The notes under the pieces are model-generated. The model saw only the letters and a list, made by a program, of their open reading frames with translations, ran no database searches and was not told the DNA's origin. A stretch of 32,000 nucleotides of DNA, taken from positions 62,074 to 94,073 of the forward strand of contig JAJRZD010000051.1 of NCBI GenBank assembly GCA_024275415.1, written 5' to 3'. Position numbers and translations under genes: made by a program. The stretch comes from an archaeon. Its GTDB lineage: Archaea > Asgardarchaeota > Thorarchaeia > Thorarchaeales > Thorarchaeaceae. Each line of letters starts with the position of its first letter. Within the stretch, counting starts at the first letter, position 1. Of this stretch, positions 17,260 through 25,427 are shown piece by piece.

Positions 17260-18229
17260 AAGTATTCACCTCTCTCTGTGGTGTTGATGGTTGTGACCCG
17301 CGGTCTAGTTTTGTCATACCGGACCAGACAACATTGACGACACCTTCGCTCCGGGCTACACGGGCCAGTTCTTCCATGTGATCCCTTTCAATCAGGTCGT
17401 AATCCTTCAATGGATATTCCAGCCCAAAGAGTCGGTATTTCTCAACACACATCTTGTTGAACGCGAGAAGGTCGTAGCGTTCTACATTAGGCAACTCAGA
17501 GCTGATAAAACGTGCGATGGCACGGATGTTGTCTTTCGAGTCAGTGTGCATGGGGATGATTGGTGTCCGCACCCACACAGGAATGTCAGTCGAAGCAAGA
17601 GTCCTTATGTTAGCAAAGATACGTTCCAGAGGGATACCAGTGAACTCTGTATGCTTCTCAGGATCCAGATGTTTCACATCAAGAAGCACAAGATCCATAT
17701 TGTCAATGACCTCTCGCCACACTTTGTCACTAGCATAAGCCGTTGTGTCCAGTGCAACATGAATGCCCTGAGACCTCAGATTCTGAGCGAGACGCACTAC
17801 GAAATCAGCCTGTAGTAGGGGTTCACCACCAGAAATAGTCACGCCACCATCTGAGGTATCAAAGAACACCTTGTCACGTATCAGTTCTTCTGCAAGTTCA
17901 TTGACTTCACGTGACCGTCCAATGAGTTCCAACGCACCTGTTGGACAGACCTCTTCACAGATCCCGCAGACCTTGCATCTCTCGCGGTCAATCATCATGC
18001 CTTCGTGTGTCAGGTTCAGTGCCTTTTCAGGACATGCATCAACACATGCTCGATCACCGATGCATTTGCTCCCATGCCATACAAGGCGTGGTTCGGCGTC
18101 TATCGTTTCGATATTGTGGCACCAGACACATTTCAACGGACAACCCTTGAGGAACACTGTTGTTCGGATGCCGGGCCCATCCTCGGTCGAACAACGTTGA
18201 ATGTTTGTGATAATCCCTGTTTCGCTCAT
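17252..18229 (-). CDS. Glycyl-radical enzyme activating enzyme (radical SAM, with ferredoxin insert)
   Basis: STEDGPGIRTTVFLKGCPLKCVWCHN (CxxxCxxC), ferredoxin insert CIGDRACVDACP / CKVCGICEEVCP, GGVTISGGEP, VALDT, LLDVK and VRTPII. Confidence 0.96.
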   Translation of the reverse strand: MSETGIITNIQRCSTEDGPGIRTTVFLKGCPLKCVWCHNIETIDAEPRLVWHGSKCIGDRACVDACPEKALNLTHEGMMIDRERCKVCGICEEVCPTGALELIGRSREVNELAEELIRDKVFFDTSDGGVTISGGEPLLQADFVVRLAQNLRSQGIHVALDTTAYASDKVWREVIDNMDLVLLDVKHLDPEKHTEFTGIPLERIFANIRTLASTDIPVWVRTPIIPMHTDSKDNIRAIARFISSELPNVERYDLLAFNKMCVEKYRLFGLEYPLKDYDLIERDHMEELARVARSEGVVNVVWSGMTKLDRGSQPSTPQREVNTCG

Positions 18230-20655
18230 TACAGACTGTGCTCCGTACGTCTGATAATCTCCTCTTGGAGCTCTCTTCCGATTTGCGTAAAGAACGCATT
18301 GTAACCGGTGACTCGAACCAAGAGATTGGAATACTTGTCTGGGTTCTTCTGTGCATCTCTGAGGGTTTCTGCATCGATGATATTGATCTGTAGAGCCGTA
18401 CCGCCCACCTCGTTGTAGGCACGTAAGAAAGCGGCAAGTTTCTGAAGATGCTCGGGAGTACGAACCATCGAGGGGCTGATAGTGATAGTATGTGATGCGC
18501 CATTGGGGATGGTGCGTAATTCGAGCTTGCCAACAGACCGAGTCGAGGCAGTGGGTCCCTTCGAATCCATGCCTTGGACTGCTCCCACACCGCCGGAGAG
18601 AAATTCGCCTCGTCTTCTGCCATCGGGTGTCGCTGCGGTAATCGGGGCGAGAGGAATAAAGTAGTTCCAGCTTAGATAACCAGCACGGAACTTTCGTCCT
18701 GTGTACGGATTCTCGTACTTGCGGACCTCGGTCGCCCAGAAGGTGGAAAGGTCATGAGCTATCGAGTCTGCATAATCATCATCATTTCCGTACTTCGGTG
18801 CCTTCTGCCGGAGCAGCTGGCGCAATTCGTCATAGCCTTCAAAGTTTTTCCGAATGGCGTCCAACAGTTCCTTCATCGATACCCTGTTGGTTTCGTACAC
18901 CATCTTCTTGACAGCACTTACCGAGTCAGTCAACGTGGCGATGCCCATGCCCTCCATGGTGTTGAAGTTCCAGATGGTGCCGCCTTCATTGATGTCCTTG
19001 CCATTTGCAGCACAGCCATCCATCAACGCGCTCAGGTATGGAGTAGGTTGCCACTTTGCCCTGATGGTGTCAGCCATGTTCCCTGCATTCACAAGCAATC
19101 GCACCATCTCTGCGAGTTGTGCCTTGACAGCGACAAGGAACTCTTCGTAAGTTGTGAAGGTCATAGGGTCTCCTGTACGTACACCCACTTGCTCGCCAGT
19201 TTCCAGATCGCGTCCGTCATTCAATGCAAGCTCGACAGCCTTGGCAAGATTGATGTTCACATCGACAGTATCTGAGCGGTCACAGCCTTGCATCGTGTTC
19301 TCAAGACAGCCGACAATGCCGTAATCCCACGCTTGCTCACGAGGGACTCCTTGCCAGACGAGACCTTCAATACTGTGCTCATCGAAGTTGAGCAGGAACG
19401 GCGAGCCCTGCGCCTTTGAAAGTATCTCGCAGATTCGTAGGAGCAGGTCATCTGGGGTGTTCCGGTGAATGCGGATGTTCGGCTTAGGCTCCAGCAGGTT
19501 CATCTCCTCGATGACTTCGAGGAGCAGCCATGTGAGCTCATTTGATACGTCCTCACCGTTGGGCCCACAGCCCCCTAATGTCACCAGTTGCCCAAAGCTA
19601 GAGTTGATTCCCTGATTGATTCCGAGCCGTCCTTGAAAATCATACACATAGTTGTGTTTTATCCAGTAACACTGCAAAAGTTCCTTTGCCTCGTCACGGG
19701 TAAGCTCGCCCGACTCGATGCTTGCCTTGTAAAAGGGATACATATACTGGTCGAACCTTCCATGTGATAATCCTGCACCCGGGTAAGATTCGGCAGCCAT
19801 GACCAGGATGTGCGTTGTCCAGAGCGCTTGGAGGGCTTCCCACCACGTTTCAGGTGGTTCCCACGGCACTTTCCTGCAGATCCTCGCTATCTCCTGAAGT
19901 TCAGCCCTCCTTTTCGAGTCAGGTTCTTTTGCAGCAAGAAACTTTGCCTTTTCGGCATATCTCACGTTGAAATCACGGGCGGTTTCGCAGCTGAGGATCA
20001 ATGATTGGACGAACTCCCTGTGGCTTTCAGAGATATCAGAGTTGAGAATCTCCTCAAACTCCTTGACAAGTCCTTTCATTCCGATACGCATTACCTTTGC
20101 ATAGTTTGGTATGATGTGCCCTGGAGCGGAGGATGCAGTCCCGACGCCCACACTGTTAAGACGTTTGGCTTCTTTGAACCATTTTTGCATTTCCTTGTTC
20201 CGAATCTTGGTTTCGGACTTCGTGAGAGACTTTGACAGGGCGGTATTGAAATGAAATCCGACGATGAGTTCGCCATCGATGATCTCGATCGGTATGTACT
20301 TGGTCATGACCTCGTAGAAGAAGATAGCCCGTCGCATGGGCAGACCATGGTCATAATAGTCATCGGGCAGGTCAACATGGATTGCCATGGCTTGCAAGGT
20401 CGCATCAATCGAAGCGAAAAACTGGTATATCGCAGGCTCGTTTGCCCAGTCGTGGTAGGAGTATACCTCATCCCACTCGTCCCCAGAGGTGAAGGAGATG
20501 ACCTCATTGGTGAGATCACGTTCGTGGAATGAATAGAAGTGATCCCTGAGCTTCTTCACTCTTTCAGTCAAGTCTTCAGAAGGGGACCAGATAGAAACCA
20601 TATCAGCATCGTGGTCAAGTGTCATGTAGCATTCTTCCCATCGGGCGGTACTCAA
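18229..20655 (-). CDS. Glycyl radical enzyme (PFL2/eliminase-like), substrate unknown
   Basis: C-terminal Gly-radical loop LLVRVTGYNAFF, Cys loop YGIVGCLEN, SHGRFDQYMYPFY, QLVTLGG, KYGNDD and ATPDGR. Start uncertain (TTG 20655, ATG 20625 or ATG 20601). Confidence 0.95.
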   Translation of the reverse strand: MSTARWEECYMTLDHDADMVSIWSPSEDLTERVKKLRDHFYSFHERDLTNEVISFTSGDEWDEVYSYHDWANEPAIYQFFASIDATLQAMAIHVDLPDDYYDHGLPMRRAIFFYEVMTKYIPIEIIDGELIVGFHFNTALSKSLTKSETKIRNKEMQKWFKEAKRLNSVGVGTASSAPGHIIPNYAKVMRIGMKGLVKEFEEILNSDISESHREFVQSLILSCETARDFNVRYAEKAKFLAAKEPDSKRRAELQEIARICRKVPWEPPETWWEALQALWTTHILVMAAESYPGAGLSHGRFDQYMYPFYKASIESGELTRDEAKELLQCYWIKHNYVYDFQGRLGINQGINSSFGQLVTLGGCGPNGEDVSNELTWLLLEVIEEMNLLEPKPNIRIHRNTPDDLLLRICEILSKAQGSPFLLNFDEHSIEGLVWQGVPREQAWDYGIVGCLENTMQGCDRSDTVDVNINLAKAVELALNDGRDLETGEQVGVRTGDPMTFTTYEEFLVAVKAQLAEMVRLLVNAGNMADTIRAKWQPTPYLSALMDGCAANGKDINEGGTIWNFNTMEGMGIATLTDSVSAVKKMVYETNRVSMKELLDAIRKNFEGYDELRQLLRQKAPKYGNDDDYADSIAHDLSTFWATEVRKYENPYTGRKFRAGYLSWNYFIPLAPITAATPDGRRRGEFLSGGVGAVQGMDSKGPTASTRSVGKLELRTIPNGASHTITISPSMVRTPEHLQKLAAFLRAYNEVGGTALQINIIDAETLRDAQKNPDKYSNLLVRVTGYNAFFTQIGRELQEEIIRRTEHSL

Positions 20656-20786
20656 TGGATTAACGCATGGGCTAATATATCTCCTGTTCGTACACCTTTC
20701 AAACTGGCGCTAGCCTTAAAAGTGGTATAATTTCTTGTGGCGCATCCGCCCGAAACATATCAATTGGGTACTAGGAAGGCTTCAGA

Positions 20787-22340
20787 ATGAAGAGAGTGAA
20801 TCTGGTAACAATACTGATAGTAACTTTGATGATTGTCGGCACGTTTAGCATTGCCCCCAATTCATTGGCAACCCATGAAAAAGTAGCTGAAGCACCGGTA
20901 TTACCAGTTTCTACAGCAGGGTTTGATTCCGATAACATTTCCGTGACATTAATCTCGCCTGCGAACAGGAGTACGCTTGTAGGGACTGTTGACCTGAATG
21001 TGACCATTACATCAGTGAACGGCCCCCTTAACCTGACGCTCTTCGTAGATGATGAAGTCTACTTCTCCGACTACAACAAGACCGAGATCACGCCGGGTTC
21101 GATGAATCTCACACTAGATACGACACTACTCCCCGAAGGAGATCTGAACTTCACACTCCTCCTTGAAGACAACAGTTCAGGCATCGTTGACAAGGAAACC
21201 TACTATCTCGTATTTACAGTCGATAATCACGGTGCACCTTCAATCGAGTTGGTATCTCATGTGGCCGGTGATACGTTCACGGGGATGGACAACCTGACCC
21301 TCAATATCACAGCAGACTATGCAGAAGTCTACCTCAACATCAGTGTGGATGGGGATCTGGTTCCAGAGTACAACGCTACCTTAGTTCCAGCAGGTCTTGG
21401 TAATTTCACGATAAATGGCACACGATATGAGAATGGGCATCACCTCATTGATATCACAGTCTACACCGAAGAGGGATTAGAGGATACATTGTCGATTCAG
21501 TTGATCTTCTTGGACTATATCAGATTCTATCTGAATGACATCACAGAATATGCCCAGATAGCAGGAGATTACGAGTTCGACATCTCTATCGAATCACCAT
21601 CTGACAATGTGACAATCAACGTATACGTCGACGGAACCTTTGATTCTTCGTGGGAATTCAAGGTATCGAATGAGAGCGTGATCCTCAAAGTCGATACTAC
21701 AAAGTACTCGGAAGGTGAGCACAACTTCACATTCATCGCTGATGACGATGCCGGACATAAATGGATACGAAGGTGGGTCTTCACCATAGATAACCACGGA
21801 ACTCCTACCATTGAGATTGTTTCACCAACGGAGGATGTCGTGACAGGTCTTGCGGCATTCACAGTAAACATTGAGAGTACTTGGGATACTGTGACTGTGA
21901 GAGTCTATGTCGATGACGAGTCTGTCGCAAACTATACAGATGTTGCACCTGGAGAATTCACATTTTACCTAGATACGACCCCATTCACCAAGTGGGAACA
22001 TACCCTCAGAGTGGTTGTTGAAACTGAGGAGAACGAAACTGCTGAGGTGGAGGAGGTCTTTGGCTTTGCGAACATCAGAATAGAAGAGATAGTCAGTCTG
22101 GCAATCCTTCTGGGAATCGCAATCGTCATCCCGCTCATCAGAAAGAAAGGTGGTGAGCCCCTCAGACCAATCCTCATCTTAGATGTGATATACCTACTAG
22201 TGGTGGCAGCGGGCTTTCTGATAGCCGGGGTAACTACAATCCCATTTGCGCTCTGGCACTTCAATCTTGGAAGCATTTGGATCCTAGGCGGAATCCTAGT
22301 CGTCCTCAATTGGGTGTACCCACTGATAACAGAGGAATGA
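20787..22340 (+). CDS. Cell-surface glycoprotein: signal peptide, four Ig-like beta-sandwich repeats, three C-terminal transmembrane helices
   Basis: Repeats begin xI/LxSP and end DTTxxxEGxH-like. FTVDNHGAPSIELVS and FTIDNHGTPTIEIVS mark a two-fold internal duplication. There are 19 NxS/T sequons and a hydrophobic C-terminus. Confidence 0.8.
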   Translation: MKRVNLVTILIVTLMIVGTFSIAPNSLATHEKVAEAPVLPVSTAGFDSDNISVTLISPANRSTLVGTVDLNVTITSVNGPLNLTLFVDDEVYFSDYNKTEITPGSMNLTLDTTLLPEGDLNFTLLLEDNSSGIVDKETYYLVFTVDNHGAPSIELVSHVAGDTFTGMDNLTLNITADYAEVYLNISVDGDLVPEYNATLVPAGLGNFTINGTRYENGHHLIDITVYTEEGLEDTLSIQLIFLDYIRFYLNDITEYAQIAGDYEFDISIESPSDNVTINVYVDGTFDSSWEFKVSNESVILKVDTTKYSEGEHNFTFIADDDAGHKWIRRWVFTIDNHGTPTIEIVSPTEDVVTGLAAFTVNIESTWDTVTVRVYVDDESVANYTDVAPGEFTFYLDTTPFTKWEHTLRVVVETEENETAEVEEVFGFANIRIEEIVSLAILLGIAIVIPLIRKKGGEPLRPILILDVIYLLVVAAGFLIAGVTTIPFALWHFNLGSIWILGGILVVLNWVYPLITEE

Positions 22341-22341
22341 A

Positions 22342-23205
22342 CTAGAGTATCCTAGTGACCGGGATAAGGCGTGATTCGTCAACAGACCACCGAGCAGTTT
22401 TCTTGAACCTCGCGAGTTGGTCTTTGGGAATCATTCCTTTCACTTTCTTTATTCTCAGCACCTTCACTGCGGACAAGACCTTCGCAGCAATCGCTTTGAG
22501 ATGGTCATCGTCCCGAGTGGTGATATCAACCGCAAAGGCTCCAGTGGTTGCATCTAGCTTCACTATCACTCCTGCGCCCACAACACGGTTCTTCTGATAT
22601 AGCTCATAGACACGTCCCTTGTGGCCCTTGGTAACAATCATGTCCAAGAGCTCGCACATCTTGCCGGGTATAGCTATGTTCGAGAAATTAAGCGTGGGAG
22701 GAACCTTCTGGATGTCCTTCAGCTGTTTCAGACGAAGTCCCTTTATCAATGGCGTTTTTATCCTTGAAGGGGTAGTGGAAATCTCCAGAATTGACCCTCT
22801 CGCAAAGTAATCAATCTTCATCCAGTAGTTGTAGGCTTCTGGAGGCGTGAGCGATACTACGCGAGGCACCTTCTTTTCTTTGAATACCGTTTCGGCTGTC
22901 CGTGTGAGCAGCGTACCGATACCTTGCTTTTGGTTTCGCACATCCACGTCTAGGTTGCGGATGATGCCAACTTTCCCGATCACAGGATTCTTTTCAATGC
23001 GGAACACAATCTCTCCTACGACAGAGCCCTCTTCTTCAGCAACGAACCAGCCCCAGTTCCTGAAGCATATGCCCTTGTGTTCGTTCTTGACTTCTTCAAC
23101 GGTCTGGTAGCCTCCTTCCTTGGTTCTGTAGAACCACCGAGTCGTCTGATAGACAGTAAGCAGATCCTTGCAGTCACGTATCCTACCTTTTCGTATTATG
23201 ACCAT
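22342..23205 (-). CDS. GNAT-family acetyltransferase with a degenerate second GNAT-like domain
   Basis: IIRKGRIRD, WFVAEEEGSVVGEI, LDVDVRNQKQGIGTLL, AYNYWMKIDY. The C-terminal half is basic (YELYQKNRVVGAGV). Confidence 0.8.
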   Translation of the reverse strand: MVIIRKGRIRDCKDLLTVYQTTRWFYRTKEGGYQTVEEVKNEHKGICFRNWGWFVAEEEGSVVGEIVFRIEKNPVIGKVGIIRNLDVDVRNQKQGIGTLLTRTAETVFKEKKVPRVVSLTPPEAYNYWMKIDYFARGSILEISTTPSRIKTPLIKGLRLKQLKDIQKVPPTLNFSNIAIPGKMCELLDMIVTKGHKGRVYELYQKNRVVGAGVIVKLDATTGAFAVDITTRDDDHLKAIAAKVLSAVKVLRIKKVKGMIPKDQLARFKKTARWSVDESRLIPVTRIL

Positions 23206-23282
23206 TGAGCATCAGTTCCGTGTCAGTGTTTATCTAAAATCAGGTTCGGGTCAGGTATAAACTGATGTAACACACAGTATGT

Positions 23283-24206
23283 CTACTGCAAACGCGAACT
23301 CATTTTCTGTGCAAGCTGTCCTAGTTCATACGCAGACTTGCCGAAGATGTATAAGATAGGTTCCACTCCGACGCCACCAGGGACATTAATCCCCAACGTC
23401 CCCTTGGGACTTGAGGTTCTAGTCTTGAAGACCTGTTTTGCAATCTCATCGACTTCACTGACTGAAGTATCCAAAGATATTATCCGGACGCCTTCATTCC
23501 TTGCCACATCGATGACAATGTCTTTCCCGCTAAGACACAAGCATGCTCTATAGCGCGACCAGCGTTTCTTGACTTGCAGCAATAAAGAGGCTGTATGCCT
23601 AGAAGCTCCGAATTGGGGAGCTACAAAGGCTCTTGCCTTTCCATCCACCAGTGTAATCCTCCCCGGAACGCCAGCGACATCTTGTATTCCCTTTGCGTCC
23701 TTTGGACATGCCACAAGATTCGCCCTAACTTCAGGTACAAGAAGGGAAAACCCCTTGGAGTCTTGAATGACATGAAGTGCTCTCTGGATATCCAGAATGA
23801 CCATCGAACGAGCACTCAGCTCGACATCAGAGCCCCCAATGAGCTCCGAACAGATCGAACAATCCTCTTCTTCGAGAAACGGGTAAGAGCGTTTGTGCAT
23901 CAGGCATATTTCCGACCCGACCCTCAAAGACATACAGGTGCTACACACTTCTTTCAATATCTTTGATTTAGAATGTGATTCGTTAACAAGCTGGTCTACC
24001 AAGCGTTCTGCAAGGCTCTGAGCCTCTGTGTCAATTCTCCGTTTTCCTTCGTGCTGGCGCATGTATTTGCTTACAGCTGCTTGGGTCAAATCAAGTCGCT
24101 CTGCGATCTCGACCTGCGACAGTCCTCGCTCACTGAGCAGTCGTGCCAATGTTCCTCTGAGCGAAGGAAGGAATTCACGTTGTACAATCTCACATGGGGG
24201 ACGCAA
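23283..24206 (-). CDS. thiR: ThiR-type transcriptional regulator (HTH plus ThiN-like thiamine-phosphate-binding domain)
   Basis: RPPCEIV, HTH GLSQVEIAERLDLTQAAVSKY, Cys/His cluster, and ThiN-like VPEVRANL, VAGVPGRI, FGASRH and GVEPILYIFG. TTG start at 24206 with GGAGG upstream; the ORF-track extension to 24326 overlaps thiB. Confidence 0.88.
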   Translation of the reverse strand: MRPPCEIVQREFLPSLRGTLARLLSERGLSQVEIAERLDLTQAAVSKYMRQHEGKRRIDTEAQSLAERLVDQLVNESHSKSKILKEVCSTCMSLRVGSEICLMHKRSYPFLEEEDCSICSELIGGSDVELSARSMVILDIQRALHVIQDSKGFSLLVPEVRANLVACPKDAKGIQDVAGVPGRITLVDGKARAFVAPQFGASRHTASLLLQVKKRWSRYRACLCLSGKDIVIDVARNEGVRIISLDTSVSEVDEIAKQVFKTRTSSPKGTLGINVPGGVGVEPILYIFGKSAYELGQLAQKMSSRLQ

Positions 24207-24245
24207 TGCATGGCCTCCAAGGCAATCTATATATGATGGTTCCTT

Positions 24246-24277
24246 GTTATAACTCTGTTGTATAACAGCGATATAAC
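24246..24277. promoter_or_regulatory. Candidate ThiR operator between thiR and thiB
   Basis: Imperfect palindrome TATAAC-tct-GTTGTA (24248-24262), with TATAAC repeated at 24248, 24261 and 24272 within an ~83-bp divergent gap. Confidence 0.55.
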
Positions 24278-24289
24278 TATTCGGTTGTG

Positions 24290-25414
24290 ATGAACATGTC
24301 TGCTTATTCAAGCCATAGAAATCCAAAAGTGACTATAGCTGCGATAGCAATCGCGGTTGTCATCATTGTAGGTGCATACGGGTTAGTGTTCTGGCAGGCC
24401 CCTAAGCCAACGCTCACAGTCTACACCTACGATAGTTTCATGCTTTGGGGAAGTGATCCCGACAATATCGATGAAACAGTCTTCGGGCCATTTGAGGACG
24501 AATACGGCATCGAAGTGAGGATCGAACGACTCAATACAGATGCCAACGGCATTATCTCCAAATTGGTCGCCGAGCAGTCCAATCCTGTTGCAGATGTGGT
24601 CATCGGCATCGATAACATCCTCATTTTGCAGGCTCAAGCAAAGCAGGTTCTGGAACAATATACACCCTCCAACATCGACTTGGTTGAGCATTCCATCATT
24701 GATGCATTAGATCCCGACCACTATGTTACACCATTTGACTTCGGTCTTGTGACGCTTATCCATAGAACATCAGAATTGAATGCAACTGTAAATCCGGGAA
24801 TCGAGAACCTCACACTTACCAACTTGGTAGATATGGCGTCTATGCTTGTGACTGAGAACCCACATTTCAGTAGTCCAGGACTCTCATTCCTCTTGAGCCA
24901 GATAGCGGTCTATGAAAAGCTCATGAACGCAGATTGGCGTGATTGGTGGCGTGCGGTCAAGGACGACATCGATGTGCAAGAGGGATGGACCGAGGCATGG
25001 ACAAAATGGGACAGTGACTCCGCTCGCAAGATACTGGTAAGCTATGGCACAGACCCAGCCTATGATGCATCTTGGACAGGTGGCGCTCCTGATACAGCTG
25101 TCGCACCAATCTATTATGATGGCGTGGATTATGCATGGATGCAGGTTGAGGGGATTGGTCTTGTGAAGAATGGACCGAATCCTACCCTCGCCAAGGCGTT
25201 CATAGACTACTGCCTCACAGCCGCTGTCCAAGACAATATTGCTCTCAACCAGTGGATGTTCCCTGCCAATACCAACGTTGAACTCGACCCAGTATTCGAC
25301 TACGCACTGCAACTAGACGATGTTAGCCTTTTGAACGAGCTGCTGACAGGAACTGAGATAGCGACAAACCTCGAATCATGGCTGAATGCCTACGACGAGA
25401 TCATGTTGGGATAG
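24290..25414 (+). CDS. thiB: Thiamine ABC transporter substrate-binding protein
   Basis: N-terminal membrane anchor, LTVYTYDSF, ADVVIGIDN, PFDFG, SSPGLSFL, GWTEAW, VSYGTDPAY, QVEGIG and NQWMFPA. Confidence 0.93.
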   Translation: MNMSAYSSHRNPKVTIAAIAIAVVIIVGAYGLVFWQAPKPTLTVYTYDSFMLWGSDPDNIDETVFGPFEDEYGIEVRIERLNTDANGIISKLVAEQSNPVADVVIGIDNILILQAQAKQVLEQYTPSNIDLVEHSIIDALDPDHYVTPFDFGLVTLIHRTSELNATVNPGIENLTLTNLVDMASMLVTENPHFSSPGLSFLLSQIAVYEKLMNADWRDWWRAVKDDIDVQEGWTEAWTKWDSDSARKILVSYGTDPAYDASWTGGAPDTAVAPIYYDGVDYAWMQVEGIGLVKNGPNPTLAKAFIDYCLTAAVQDNIALNQWMFPANTNVELDPVFDYALQLDDVSLLNELLTGTEIATNLESWLNAYDEIMLG

Positions 25415-25427
25415 ATGAGGCGATTGG

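Noticed and set aside
18054-18623. 189-aa alternative-frame ORF across the GRE/activase junction
   Set aside because: Both real genes are complete and coupled by TAATG, and the alternative frame has no recognisable motif.
18229-20655. Annotation as pyruvate formate-lyase (pflB) or as an alkyl/benzylsuccinate synthase
   Set aside because: It lacks the adjacent Cys-Cys pair of PFL, has Cys-x-Glu instead, and no small accessory subunits are visible.
24207-24289. TPP riboswitch upstream of thiB
   Set aside because: The gap is too short and AT-rich, and there is no conserved CTGAGA-type core or P1-P5 stems.
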